Of a stretch of 64,000 nt of DNA, positions 45,472-56,792 are shown piece after piece. The position numbers and the translations under genes were made by a program. The notes beneath the pieces are model-generated. The model saw only the letters and a list, made by a program, of their open reading frames with translations. It did not search any database and was not told the DNA's origin. The stretch's first letter is position 1. Every line of letters begins with the position of its first letter. The stretch spans positions 340-64,339 of the IMG/VR virus record IMGVR_UViG_3300024348_000029. One strand, 5' to 3'. The stretch comes from a virus (Duplodnaviria; Caudoviricetes).

Positions 45472-48400
45472 TGGCTAAGTCGAAAGTAGATATAAATTTA
45501 CCTATAGAATTTTCTGAGATCTGTGAGGTAGTATACCAAGATCTTGCAGGGACTGCGGGAAGAACTCTTAGCGGTACATTCGCTGCAGCGGCTGCCCAAG
45601 GCGGAATATTCAACGCTACCTATCAAGGGTCTAAAGATAGAATGAGTAATTTTAGGGATTATTATCTAGCGGCTATTTTTAAAACTACTAATACGTCATA
45701 TACATTTTCACCACAATTAGTTACTAACCCGGGGGATATTTTAGAGTGGTCTGTTACAGGAGGAGTAACAACTTCTGCAGTAGCTAATGATCCTACATTT
45801 GATTTTCATACAAATACTGGTGTAGCTTTAATCAATATAAAGAACTTTAATTCTGTAACTTCTTTTACTCTTACTAGCCAGCAACTTACAGATGTTGACA
45901 TTAGGTTTGAGAATAATTTAACTAGTTTAAATGTATCCTCTAATAACCTTCCTTTAATTAATATAACAGGTTGTGCTAACTTAGAATATTTATATGCTTA
46001 TCAGAATACTTTCAGCACTATAGATATATCTAACAGCCCTAATTTATTACTAGTGAATGTAGAACAAAATGATAGTTTAACTTCGTTGAATGTTACTGAT
46101 CAACCTCTTTTGCAAACTCTTTTAGTACGTAATTGTTTAGGAATAACTTCTATAAATTTATCGGCTAACACTGCACTTACCTCATTTCAAGGAGGAAGGT
46201 GTAATTTAGGAGGATTAAATCTTTCTTACGCTAATGGATTGATAGATGTAGCAGTAGTAGATAATGAATTTACAGAGGCAGAAGTAAATACTATTCTTGT
46301 AGATCTTGCAGCTAATGGTGCATCTAATGGAGTTCTAAGTATTAGAGATAATAAAAGTGGAGCAGGTATAACAGCTTATAATACATTAATAGGGAGAGGG
46401 TGGACGATAAATGAATACGACGAAGATATTCCAATTACTTTTACAATATCAAATAGCTCAAAAACAGCCACATCAATAAATAATGTGTGGGGAGCAGATC
46501 CTGGGGGAACTACTTTCTATGGGTATGAATATCAATATAAAGCTTCAAGCAGTGGAACATGGATAGGTTCAGCAGATGACTATACCCCGGTAAATATTAC
46601 AGGGCTTCTTGAAGGTGTAGCATATGATTTTAGAGTTAGGGCTATTAATCAAAATTTAATGTCTATACGCGCAAATTATACAGGACCATGGAGTACCACA
46701 TTTACAACAAGTACTTTATTATCTGATACTACACTACCTACTCCTGGTACATTAACGTGGAATGTAGGTCTTTACTGGAATAGTACTACAGCAGCACTAA
46801 GTTGGACATCAGGTAGTGATAATGTAGGGATTACAAAAATAATAGTACAACGAAATTATAATGGGGGAGCATTTTCTGATATATACACATATACTGGAAC
46901 CCCTCCATCAACTAGTTCAGTTAATAATACTATAGCTAGAACTGAAGGTGCTGGGTATGCCTATAGAATAGCATATTACGATGCTGCAGACAATGTTTCA
47001 TATAGTAATGAAAGAGGAGCTATATATGACGGTGTAGCACCATCTGTTCCTACTGGATTAAGTGCTATTAGCATAACAAATACTACCTTCTCCCTATATT
47101 GGAGTGCGTCTACAGATAGTCTCTCTGGGGTAGAAGGGTATAGAATCTATAAAAATGGTACATGGACGTATACTGTAACATCAGGAACATCTGTAGGTAT
47201 AGTAGGACAGACAGAAGGTGCTTCAAATAACTGGACTATGGCCGCATATGATACTGCTGGGAATGTATCAGCACAGTCTAGTATATTAAATGTAACTCAG
47301 ACAAATACAAACCCAACAGCGCCTGGAACACCTACATTTAGTAATACTACTACGTCAGGATACACTGTGAGTTGGACAGCCTCTTCAGATACTAGTGGTA
47401 TCTTAAGATATGAAGTTTCAAGAGATGGTTCTGCCAGCCCTTTTAGTGTTGGTACAGCTACTTCTTATTCGGCAACTGACATAGCAGGAGATACAGATTC
47501 TTGGAGAATACGTGCAGTAGATAATGTAGGTAACACTGGAGCATATGGAGGAACAGCAAGTTGGGCAACCTTATGTATAGCACCTACAATATCATTATCT
47601 AGCAAGACTGATTCTAGTATTACAGTGTCCTGGACTGCAGTTACAGGTGCTGGTCTATATGACTTAGAGTACAAAGCTGCTTCTAGTGGTACCTGGCTAA
47701 ATAGTGGAGATAACACATCTACTGCACTATTTAGCGGACTTCTTTCGTCAACAAGTTATAACTTTAGGGTAAGAGCTAGGAATGCCTATAGTTTATGGGG
47801 TGCTTATAGTATCACATTTACAACATCAACAGAAGCAGGTCCAATTCCACTTTCTACTCCAACAGGTTTAGCAGAGACTGTAGATACAGATACAAGTATT
47901 TCAATGTCTTGGAGCGCAGTAACTAATAACTCAGGGTATAGAATAGCAAGAGGGTCTACAAGTACTATAGTTAGAACAAATGCTACTAATGATGTGACTT
48001 GGACTAATACTGGGCTAGCGTGTAACGCAACTAGCTATACTTATTATGTTCAAGCTATAGGGGATGGTGTTACTTATAGTGATAGTGCTTGGTCTTCAGG
48101 GGTAAGTATGGCTACTAACCCAGATACTACTGGTCCTACAACGCCTGCAAATTTTATTGTAACAGGAAGAACTACTTCAAGTTTCAGTGTATCTTGGGAT
48201 GCATCAACAGACACATGTACAGGAGTACAAAACTATGGGGTATATAGAAATGCGGTACTTCAATCAACACAAACTACTAGAACGTATAATCATACAGGAC
48301 TATCGGCCGGTACACAATATTCTTCATATATTTATCCTAAGGATAATGCAGGAAATATAGGTTCATTAGCATCACTATCAATGTATACACTATGTATAGC

Positions 48401-49799
48401 TCCTACCCTTACAGCAGGGACAACTACTTATAGTAGTGCTGTTATTAACAGAAACACTGTAACTGGTGGAAGTTCATATACCTTATACTACCAAGAACAA
48501 GGTGCCCCTGGCTGGACAATATGGTCTACTTCAATGGGTACATCAGTAACGGTAACAGGACTAAATTCAAATGCTACATATGGTTTTTATGCTGTAGCTT
48601 ATAATTCTGATGGATTTCCTTCAGCTAACGGCTCGTCTATTGTTGTGAACACCCCTGCCCCTCCGGATACAACTCCACCTTCAAACTCAACTATCTCAGG
48701 AGGTTCATCAGTACTAACAACTTCGTATATTATTAACTGGACTACTTCTACCGATGCAACAAGTCCTCCTGTTGTGTATGATTTATTTATGAATAATAGT
48801 GGTACAGCTACTTATAGTGGAACATCCACATCCTATACAAAAACAGGCCTTACAATTGGTACTTCATATAATTGGAAAGTTAGAGCTAGAGATAGTGCAG
48901 CCTCTCCTAATTATGCAACAACAAGTGCTAATGTAGGTATTATGACACAAACAGCAGGATTATCATTATCCTCAAGTGCAATCACTAGCAGTTCAATTAC
49001 TGTTAGTTGGCCGGCTGTTACTGGGGCAAGTGCTTATAGAATAGCCTGGAGACCATCAGGAGGAAGTTATACATATATTAATAATATTGCAGGTTTGTCT
49101 ACTGTTATTAGTGGACTGTCTGCTAGTACCCTTTATGAATTTTATGGAGCATCATATAATGCACAAAGTGTTCTTGGAGGAGGTGGTATACTTGCTAGTG
49201 CTAGCACAACAGCGGTAGCCGATACTATAGCTCCTACAGTACCAGGAACACCTTATCTTAATGCACCACAATCATCCTCTACAGCCCTACTGTACTGGAC
49301 CGCTTCAACAGATGCAGTAGGTGTTACAGGTTATCAGGTATATAGAAATGGAGTTCTTCATAAAACTACAGCTACTAATTCAGTTACTGTTGATGCGTCT
49401 TCAGCTGGTGGAGAGGATATTTTCAAGGTAAGAGCTTATGATGCAGCGTCTAATTATTCAGGATTTAGTGCTTCCAATACGATTCCTTTTCTTCCTATAG
49501 CTGTAACACTATCTGTTGTTGGTACTAGTATTGCTGTAGTACAAGTATCTTGGTCATATCCATTAGCTAATTCTGGAATAACGGATATAGATGCAGAGAT
49601 AGACTATGAATTTGCTGCTATGTTTACTGATTCGATGCAAGCAGACGATAATACTACTGGTTATCTAACACCATCTATAGATATTAGTGTAGAGAGTTCA
49701 GGAGATGCCTGTGTAAGAATAAGGCTTAATATGGGGCAGGATAAAGGGGCATGGTCAGGCTGGGTTTGTGCTACTTTACAAACACCAACAACAGCTTAA
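45471..49799 (+). CDS. large LRR + fibronectin type III repeat virion protein
   Basis: LTSLNVSSNNL-type LRRs, then about 11 FN3 repeats (DT.AP..P, W.AS.D, Y.FRVRA). Confidence 0.85.
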   Translation: MAKSKVDINLPIEFSEICEVVYQDLAGTAGRTLSGTFAAAAAQGGIFNATYQGSKDRMSNFRDYYLAAIFKTTNTSYTFSPQLVTNPGDILEWSVTGGVTTSAVANDPTFDFHTNTGVALINIKNFNSVTSFTLTSQQLTDVDIRFENNLTSLNVSSNNLPLINITGCANLEYLYAYQNTFSTIDISNSPNLLLVNVEQNDSLTSLNVTDQPLLQTLLVRNCLGITSINLSANTALTSFQGGRCNLGGLNLSYANGLIDVAVVDNEFTEAEVNTILVDLAANGASNGVLSIRDNKSGAGITAYNTLIGRGWTINEYDEDIPITFTISNSSKTATSINNVWGADPGGTTFYGYEYQYKASSSGTWIGSADDYTPVNITGLLEGVAYDFRVRAINQNLMSIRANYTGPWSTTFTTSTLLSDTTLPTPGTLTWNVGLYWNSTTAALSWTSGSDNVGITKIIVQRNYNGGAFSDIYTYTGTPPSTSSVNNTIARTEGAGYAYRIAYYDAADNVSYSNERGAIYDGVAPSVPTGLSAISITNTTFSLYWSASTDSLSGVEGYRIYKNGTWTYTVTSGTSVGIVGQTEGASNNWTMAAYDTAGNVSAQSSILNVTQTNTNPTAPGTPTFSNTTTSGYTVSWTASSDTSGILRYEVSRDGSASPFSVGTATSYSATDIAGDTDSWRIRAVDNVGNTGAYGGTASWATLCIAPTISLSSKTDSSITVSWTAVTGAGLYDLEYKAASSGTWLNSGDNTSTALFSGLLSSTSYNFRVRARNAYSLWGAYSITFTTSTEAGPIPLSTPTGLAETVDTDTSISMSWSAVTNNSGYRIARGSTSTIVRTNATNDVTWTNTGLACNATSYTYYVQAIGDGVTYSDSAWSSGVSMATNPDTTGPTTPANFIVTGRTTSSFSVSWDASTDTCTGVQNYGVYRNAVLQSTQTTRTYNHTGLSAGTQYSSYIYPKDNAGNIGSLASLSMYTLCIAPTLTAGTTTYSSAVINRNTVTGGSSYTLYYQEQGAPGWTIWSTSMGTSVTVTGLNSNATYGFYAVAYNSDGFPSANGSSIVVNTPAPPDTTPPSNSTISGGSSVLTTSYIINWTTSTDATSPPVVYDLFMNNSGTATYSGTSTSYTKTGLTIGTSYNWKVRARDSAASPNYATTSANVGIMTQTAGLSLSSSAITSSSITVSWPAVTGASAYRIAWRPSGGSYTYINNIAGLSTVISGLSASTLYEFYGASYNAQSVLGGGGILASASTTAVADTIAPTVPGTPYLNAPQSSSTALLYWTASTDAVGVTGYQVYRNGVLHKTTATNSVTVDASSAGGEDIFKVRAYDAASNYSGFSASNTIPFLPIAVTLSVVGTSIAVVQVSWSYPLANSGITDIDAEIDYEFAAMFTDSMQADDNTTGYLTPSIDISVESSGDACVRIRLNMGQDKGAWSGWVCATLQTPTTA

Positions 49800-49814
49800 T
49801 AAAATAATATAATT

Positions 49815-50459
49815 ATGGGGCGACTTACAAGAATGGGAGATATTGAAACTGATCGTAAACTCTATGGACCTTCAAATGATAGGGTTGAAGCATGGTGGGC
49901 AGAATATAAGAATACACCAGGTTTAATGGAATTTGATGTCCTGCTAGTAGGTAATTTTGCTGAGGCAGTATTTGGTATAAGCACCCTACCGACAGCAGAT
50001 CTGGATGTGGTTCTTACCGGAGGAGATATTAAACATGAGGAATCCCTAAAATTTCTACTAGATGAGTGTGCAAGAATAGGGTTTAAATATGATTTATTGG
50101 TAGATGCTTTTTATAATGCTGCTGAATTTAACATTAAAAAACCTGCCCCTTATGTAGCGTATCGATCGTGGTCTGTGTGGTTTTCTCAGACAGCTAACGG
50201 TAACCAAAGAACATATGATCATGAGGGCCAGGGAGCAGAGACATTACCTTCAGGATTAGTGAGATATACCAGAGATAAAGATCGCCCAAGCCTTTTAAAA
50301 GCCCATAAAAGGTATTTAGAGGGCCATTATATTGGAGTACAAATGAATGTTAAAGACGCGTTTGATGAGAACGGCAAACTTAAAGGAAATATAGTACCTA
50401 ACTCACGACATAGTGAGAAGTATAAAGAATGGATGGCTAGTAAAGACAGAAAAAAATAA
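49815..50459 (+). CDS. putative Pol-beta-superfamily nucleotidyltransferase
   Basis: LLVGNFAE-x10-ADLDVVL...LVD resembles hG[S/G]x..DhDh plus a third Asp. Confidence 0.5.
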   Translation: MGRLTRMGDIETDRKLYGPSNDRVEAWWAEYKNTPGLMEFDVLLVGNFAEAVFGISTLPTADLDVVLTGGDIKHEESLKFLLDECARIGFKYDLLVDAFYNAAEFNIKKPAPYVAYRSWSVWFSQTANGNQRTYDHEGQGAETLPSGLVRYTRDKDRPSLLKAHKRYLEGHYIGVQMNVKDAFDENGKLKGNIVPNSRHSEKYKEWMASKDRKK

Positions 50460-50483
50460 ATTTAACTTTTAAAACGGATAATT

Positions 50484-50618
50484 ATGAATTATGAACATTA
50501 TTTAGGAATTGGTAGTATTGTAATCGTAGTCGGTTTCATTATCTATAAAGTACTTACAAGAGGAGAAACATTAAAGGATATCTATAAAAAAATAGACTCT
50601 GAAAAAGAAGGAGAATGA
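50484..50618 (+). CDS. small membrane protein (44 aa)
   Basis: MNYEHYLGIGSIVIVVGFIIYK...; ATGA overlap with next gene. Confidence 0.65.
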   Translation: MNYEHYLGIGSIVIVVGFIIYKVLTRGETLKDIYKKIDSEKEGE

Positions 50619-50974
50619 AAATACCTAGAATTATATATAGTAATTGGAGACTTAACCTTATTAGTTGGTTCTTTAAGGTAGGGGGATTTACTTTCTTTCC
50701 TTGGATTGTTTTACGTGAGCATTACAGGGATGACCCTAGGTATGCTGAGAGAAATAAAATTACCACTAATCATGAGAGCATTCATATAGAGCAACAAAAA
50801 GAGATGCTTGTATTACCTTTCTATATATGGTATTTAATAGAGTGGTTCTTTAGACTGTTTTTACCTGGTAATGCTTATAGAAATATAAGTTTTGAAAGGG
50901 AGGCTTATGCAAATCAATTAAATATTAATTATATAAATAGTAGGAAATTTTGGGCCTTTTTAAAATATTTATAA
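50615..50974 (+). CDS. HExxH metallopeptidase-like membrane protein
   Basis: NHESIHIEQQKE...AYRNISFEREAY. Confidence 0.75.
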   Translation: MKIPRIIYSNWRLNLISWFFKVGGFTFFPWIVLREHYRDDPRYAERNKITTNHESIHIEQQKEMLVLPFYIWYLIEWFFRLFLPGNAYRNISFEREAYANQLNINYINSRKFWAFLKYL

Positions 50975-51045
50975 CCTAAAGTAGGTTTAGATGAATATTA
51001 TTACTATATTTACACCTTTATTTAATTAAATATTTAAAACAAATT

Positions 51046-51420
51046 ATGGAAACAAACAAATTAATTTTTTGGGCACTGGCTGCTATCATTGTTATTGGAC
51101 TAGTAATTTATTTCTGGGTCAAGGAAAAGAAAGCAAAAGCAGAACAAGCTGCCTATGAGGAAGATCTTCGTTTAGCTCGTAAAGCTAGAGAAGAAGAAAA
51201 AGCTCGTAAAGATGAGTTGGAACGTAAGGCCGCTCTTAAAGCAAGACGAAAACTTGAAGATGATCTCAAAGCAAAACAAGAACGAGAAGCTAAAGAGAAG
51301 TTAAAAAAAGAGCAAGAAGATAAAGTTAAAGAGGCCACGAAAGCAGAATCTATAGTGGATGAAGAAGTTGCTCCAGTAAAGAAAAAACGTACCTATAAAA
51401 AAAGAAAGGCAACTAAATAA
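51046..51420 (+). CDS. membrane-anchored charged coiled-coil protein
   Basis: N-terminal TM, then K/E/A-rich helix. Confidence 0.75.
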   Translation: METNKLIFWALAAIIVIGLVIYFWVKEKKAKAEQAAYEEDLRLARKAREEEKARKDELERKAALKARRKLEDDLKAKQEREAKEKLKKEQEDKVKEATKAESIVDEEVAPVKKKRTYKKRKATK

Positions 51421-51523
51421 TAGTTTTTCCCTTCTCAGCAGTACAAAGTATTCCTTTTTATGTATTATATGATAGAGATAATCTCTTATATTTTCATAAG
51501 GAGGAATTTTTGTATATACACAT

Positions 51524-51994
51524 ATGAGTAAGAAATTAGAAGTAATAAACGGAACATTCACAATAACAGACACTGTAACAGGAAAAGTAGACTTCCGTTC
51601 TTTGTCAGCGGAAACATTTTTAAATTCGTTTTTAGGTAAATATTATTTTTATTATGATATCTTTATCAAAGACAATATAAGAAGAACACGTTCTGTAGAC
51701 TACTTATTAAATGAACTTATAGATTCTGGCGAACGTCCTTTTATTACCTCTGAGGAGTTAATCGATTGGGTAAGTACTAATTTAGGATCAAGTAAATTAA
51801 GTGTCAAAGAAGTCACTGATTATAGGTCAGAGTTTGATTTCGTCACTAAGTATATTTATTCTGGTTATAATCTGGATGGTATTCCAGCTATAATTAGGTA
51901 TAAAGCTGGGGGAGTAGAACAGGCTACTGGGGTAACAAATCTAACGACTGATTGGAATAATAGGGTAACATTAACATATATATATAGTAACTAA
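51524..51994 (+). CDS. hypothetical structural protein
   Basis: 156 aa, follows GTATTATA motif. Confidence 0.65.
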   Translation: MSKKLEVINGTFTITDTVTGKVDFRSLSAETFLNSFLGKYYFYYDIFIKDNIRRTRSVDYLLNELIDSGERPFITSEELIDWVSTNLGSSKLSVKEVTDYRSEFDFVTKYIYSGYNLDGIPAIIRYKAGGVEQATGVTNLTTDWNNRVTLTYIYSN

Positions 51995-52007
51995 AAATAA
52001 ATAAATT

Positions 52008-53750
52008 ATGGCATTCGTAGCAACAGACTGGACCATCACTAGAAATGGTGGGGCCTTAGATGTAAGATACTCAGGTGACGCCCATGCTGGGACTGCACCT
52101 TCTTACGCAACAACAATTGAACTGCATAGAGCATTAGGAGACTTTGCTGATCAAGAGCAGGATTCGGGAGATGATGAACTATCTATCATTGACCAAACAC
52201 CTTCCGATCGTGGGGGTGCGGATACGAACATCACATTATTAAATGGGTGTAACCTGGATGATGCTTCAGTAGAGCACGTTTATGATGGTTCGTTAACACA
52301 GGCAGGTGGAGCTACTATCTATGATGGTATCCAAGTGTTTGGTAACGCGGCTAGTATTCAAGTAATACAAAATGGCGCTAGATTAACTAATGACTTCTGG
52401 AATGAGCCTAAAATGAAGGCGGCTGTATCAGATCCATTATCGTCTACAACTCATAGATTCCTAATAAAGGTTAGAGATGCTGGAGCTGATATTGATGGGA
52501 CTCGTTTACTAGGTACTCAAAGAGTATTAGGTACAGTATATACAGAGTTCTTTATTGGGGGTGGTACTTCAAGAGGTAACAACGTACTTGCCTTAACAGC
52601 GAATACTGATGGTAACAATCAGACGTCTGCTGTAACAATAGCATCATGGGATACTATTCTTAACTCTAATGAAGGGTATAATGCAATCACAATTGGTGGT
52701 ACAGCATATAATTTCTATTCTAATTGGACAATTGGGTCACAAACTAAGAATGATTTATATGAGAGAGCTAAATGGATTCAAGCAGAAGAGTCAGGGGCTA
52801 GAGATGCTGATCAGATTATTTATGGTCTTGATGGGGATTTATTTAGAGGTATTACACACGAGATCACGGTAGATAACCACTTAGTAGCTAATTTTGTAGA
52901 GCCAGAACAACTGACATGGGGAAGTGGACTTACAGCAGGAGTTGGTCAATTACTTGCGTGTGATAATGTAACACAAGGTAGTGCAACTAAATTATGGATA
53001 CAATTATTATCAGGGGTAGCGCCAACAGATGGCACACTTATTACAGCAGCTGGAGGTGCAACAGCAGATGTTAATGTGACTGTAACACCTAGATTACTTT
53101 CTTCTTGTTTTATTGGTACATCAACTGGATCAGCGATTAACACAGGTTCGTTTGGTATTGGTATCCTATCAGGAGATTTAAATCAAAATGATAAACTTGT
53201 CGATTTAACTAACACAGAGAGAACTCCACCTAACAATGTTATTTACACTGTGAATAATACTTTAGCAGGGGATTATGTAATTGCAGCTAATAATTCGGGG
53301 GGTAACTTCCAACTTAGCCAACTTTCTATTACTAGTGCAGAGGTAGGAGCATCGGTAACATCTATTCAATTTGATGAAACTATTCCTAGTGATACACCAA
53401 GACCTGGTGGAACTATTAGAGTAGAGCAAGTTAATGGAAGTTATAGAAGAATTGTATACACTAGTATAACAACAACTTCTATTACAGACGATACTATAAA
53501 CTTTACTGCATTAGATTTTTCTGGAGTAGGGGCAGGTTTAGCTATTGGAGGTAATGCCTTTATAACTTATATAGATAGAGTTGCTACAGGTACAACTGAA
53601 ACATCTACATTCGTATACTCATCTCCTAGAACATTATTTACAAGGGTTAGAAATGCAACTCCTGGTAGTGAGATTAAAACTTTTGAAACAACATCTTTAG
53701 TTGGTTCAGGAGGTGGTTCTTCTACTGTTGGACGTATTAATGATTTCTAA
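52008..53750 (+). CDS. putative tail/baseplate-type structural protein
   Basis: 580 aa, Thr/Gly-rich, beta-type. Confidence 0.65.
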   Translation: MAFVATDWTITRNGGALDVRYSGDAHAGTAPSYATTIELHRALGDFADQEQDSGDDELSIIDQTPSDRGGADTNITLLNGCNLDDASVEHVYDGSLTQAGGATIYDGIQVFGNAASIQVIQNGARLTNDFWNEPKMKAAVSDPLSSTTHRFLIKVRDAGADIDGTRLLGTQRVLGTVYTEFFIGGGTSRGNNVLALTANTDGNNQTSAVTIASWDTILNSNEGYNAITIGGTAYNFYSNWTIGSQTKNDLYERAKWIQAEESGARDADQIIYGLDGDLFRGITHEITVDNHLVANFVEPEQLTWGSGLTAGVGQLLACDNVTQGSATKLWIQLLSGVAPTDGTLITAAGGATADVNVTVTPRLLSSCFIGTSTGSAINTGSFGIGILSGDLNQNDKLVDLTNTERTPPNNVIYTVNNTLAGDYVIAANNSGGNFQLSQLSITSAEVGASVTSIQFDETIPSDTPRPGGTIRVEQVNGSYRRIVYTSITTTSITDDTINFTALDFSGVGAGLAIGGNAFITYIDRVATGTTETSTFVYSSPRTLFTRVRNATPGSEIKTFETTSLVGSGGGSSTVGRINDF

Positions 53751-53821
53751 GATAGGACAATAAATAATAACAAGTACCGCCTTTATTTTGTATATTGGCG
53801 GTACTATTAAAAACCTTCTTA

Positions 53822-56776
53822 ATGGCTACGCTTGTACAAAAAACATATAGATTATATCCAAATAATGATGGTATCCAACCTTCCTCACCTTACGCTATTG
53901 AAGATAGAAAGGCAGGGAATTTTTTAGATGCTACTTCCTACAGAGTACGTGTTAGTATAGAAAATACTGGTACGGCTTTAAATGCTTCTACAACTGCTTT
54001 TAAATTACAGTATGCGGTAGCTGGGACCGGTGCAAATGCTTTAGCTGATGGGGCTTTAAGCGGCGCAACGTGGATTGATATAGGTGGAATTGGTAGCGGG
54101 GTAATATGGAGAGGAGCAGATAATGCTACACCTGTAGATGGAGCAGTTATAAGCAGCGGCCTTCTTACAGGAACTACAGTTTTAGGACATTATGTAGAAA
54201 GCGGTACTTCTCCTGTAAATACAAATGCAGTTAATACAAACGATATTATTGAATATGACTGGGTTATAAATACCAATGTGGTTGCCTTAGGGACATATTA
54301 TGTTTTCAGGGTAGTTGAGAGTGCTGGTACATTATTAAGTTCTTACTCTGTATATCCAAGACTTGCTACAATTAATACTCCAGCAGATCACGAGCAGCAT
54401 CAATGGGCAGTGGTAGATGATGTTGAGGCAATTATAACCGGAGAGGATTTAACTACTTATGGGGTATCAGTAAACGATACGTTCCGCTTTAGGATTATGC
54501 ATAAGGATGGAGGGGCGTTTATATCTGGTGGAATATTAAGAGTAAAGTACTATAATAATTATGCGAACATGCTTGCAGATACTGGTGGAACTTTTATAGC
54601 AGAGCCAGGGGCAGCTACAACTGAAGACTGGGAATGGTGGGATGATGCTACAACAGGAAACTGGTGGAATCACGGAACATCTGTACCTGCAGTTGTTACA
54701 TCAGATCACGGACCTGAGCCTGGAGTTTCTCTAGAGAAATCAGTTCTTCAAGGGGATGCATACTTACTAGATTGGACAGCAATAGGGTCAAATACAGGAC
54801 CAGAACATAATTTTTCATTGAAGTTTCTTGGGACTGTTGCTGATATATCATATTTATTTAGAATAGAACTAGATGGTGTAATGTTACCTTTATCTTCAAT
54901 GCATTATGGTACAAATAAATCCGTAATGTTTGTATCAGGAGCAGCACCTCCTCCAGAGGCAGGTGGATACTCATCTGATTTAACAGACATTGCAACAGAC
55001 TTTGCAAGTAATGCAGGTTGGACTGCCCTAGGTGGGGGTCAAGCAGGTATGAATGCACCAGAAACAGACTACTTTAATCAAGGAAATAATTGTATATCTA
55101 AGAATGCATTTGCAGGAGCTAACAAAGGAATGATCTATAATGCAGGAGCAACTACAATAGCGCCAGGAGATGCTTTGTTTATGTGGATTACCCATTTAAC
55201 ACCTAATTCATTGGATGTTGAGGCAGGGACTCCGGGAGGTTTACAGGTTTTAATAGGAAGTTCTGCCGGTGATTATTACGGATATGATACCAGAGGGAGT
55301 GATACTATTAAAGATGGTGCTCCATGGATATGTATGGTAGTAGATCCTACAACGACAGCCGATGATACAACAGGAACACCGACAACAGTCACATCATTTT
55401 TTGGAGGAAGTGCTAATTTACCGGTGACAGGTCCTACCAAAGGAGCTCCTTTAGGTATAGATGCATTTAGACATGGTAGAGCATTCATTGTAACAGGTGG
55501 AGATCTTAGTGGTGGTTACACTAATTTTGATGGAGCAGCTTTATATAATGATGCAATAATAAGAAAGTATGGGCAATTTCAATCTATAGATGGAGGTTAC
55601 CTTTTGCAAGGATTGTTTAGAATAGGCACATCTACACCAGCAGATTTTAGAGATTCAAATAGATCAATACTAATAAATAGAACGAATAAAGTAGCTTCTA
55701 CTTTTAATGGAATAGAGATAAATAATTCAGGTAGTAATATAGAATGGACTAACATAACTATAACAGCTTTAGGTACTAACTCACGTGGTTATCTAGATGT
55801 GGTAGATAATCCAATTTTATTATTTGAATCATGTGTATTTGTTGATATGGACTACTTCAGATTTTGGAGTAAATCTACTATCAATAATACTACGTTTAGA
55901 AGATGTCAGAGAGCAACAATAGATTATGCTAAATTTAATAATTGTATATTCGAAGAGTCTACTGATACTTCGGCAATATTAGCCCCGACATTAAAATATC
56001 TGTCAGGATGTACATTCTCATCAGACGGGTCTAGTCATGCAATTGAATTAAATAATATAGTAGAGTCTGCCATGGATTGGGATAATACTTTGGTAGGATA
56101 TGATGTAGGTACATCAGGCAGCCCGGTGACCCCCACTTCTACTGGTAATGAAGCAATATATGTTAATTCTACCCAGTCAGCTGATTTAACAATAAATATA
56201 CAAACAGGAGCATCAATTCCGTCAATAAGAGTTGGTGCGGGGTTTACAGGTAATGTTAATGTAGTTACTGGTACGGTTCCTTTAACTGTTAAAGCACTAA
56301 CTACGTCTGGTGCAACTATTCAAGATTGTAGGGTGCTGGTATTAGCGGGAGCAACAGGACCATTTCCTTCTGCTGTGGTTGTAACTATAACTAGTGCAAC
56401 TACAACAGCAACAGTAACACACACAGCTCACGGATTATCTAATGGAGATGAAGTAATGATAAGAGGAGCCAATGAAAATAATTATAACGGAATACGAACT
56501 ATATCTAATGTAACTACAAATACGTACGATTATACTATCATTGCTACGGCAAGCCCGGCAACTGGTACAATAACATCAACTTTTGTATTTATAAATGGAT
56601 TAACAGATGCAGATGGGGAAATAACTGATTCAAGAAACTATATTGCTGATCAATTAGTATCAGGTAGAGTAAGAAAATCGTCAGCATCTCCTTATTATAA
56701 AACAGGCCAGATCGTGGGTACTGTTAACAAGAGTACAGGGGTAACAATAAGTGTAATAATGTTATCAGATGAATAA
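53822..56776 (+). CDS. putative tail spike / receptor-binding protein
   Basis: ATG 53822 preferred (the upstream TTG lies in hairpin 53773-53805); beta-helix-like segment and HGLSNGDEV..G....YNG module. Confidence 0.65.
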   Translation: MATLVQKTYRLYPNNDGIQPSSPYAIEDRKAGNFLDATSYRVRVSIENTGTALNASTTAFKLQYAVAGTGANALADGALSGATWIDIGGIGSGVIWRGADNATPVDGAVISSGLLTGTTVLGHYVESGTSPVNTNAVNTNDIIEYDWVINTNVVALGTYYVFRVVESAGTLLSSYSVYPRLATINTPADHEQHQWAVVDDVEAIITGEDLTTYGVSVNDTFRFRIMHKDGGAFISGGILRVKYYNNYANMLADTGGTFIAEPGAATTEDWEWWDDATTGNWWNHGTSVPAVVTSDHGPEPGVSLEKSVLQGDAYLLDWTAIGSNTGPEHNFSLKFLGTVADISYLFRIELDGVMLPLSSMHYGTNKSVMFVSGAAPPPEAGGYSSDLTDIATDFASNAGWTALGGGQAGMNAPETDYFNQGNNCISKNAFAGANKGMIYNAGATTIAPGDALFMWITHLTPNSLDVEAGTPGGLQVLIGSSAGDYYGYDTRGSDTIKDGAPWICMVVDPTTTADDTTGTPTTVTSFFGGSANLPVTGPTKGAPLGIDAFRHGRAFIVTGGDLSGGYTNFDGAALYNDAIIRKYGQFQSIDGGYLLQGLFRIGTSTPADFRDSNRSILINRTNKVASTFNGIEINNSGSNIEWTNITITALGTNSRGYLDVVDNPILLFESCVFVDMDYFRFWSKSTINNTTFRRCQRATIDYAKFNNCIFEESTDTSAILAPTLKYLSGCTFSSDGSSHAIELNNIVESAMDWDNTLVGYDVGTSGSPVTPTSTGNEAIYVNSTQSADLTINIQTGASIPSIRVGAGFTGNVNVVTGTVPLTVKALTTSGATIQDCRVLVLAGATGPFPSAVVVTITSATTTATVTHTAHGLSNGDEVMIRGANENNYNGIRTISNVTTNTYDYTIIATASPATGTITSTFVFINGLTDADGEITDSRNYIADQLVSGRVRKSSASPYYKTGQIVGTVNKSTGVTISVIMLSDE

Positions 56777-56792
56777 TTAAAAAATATAGCTA

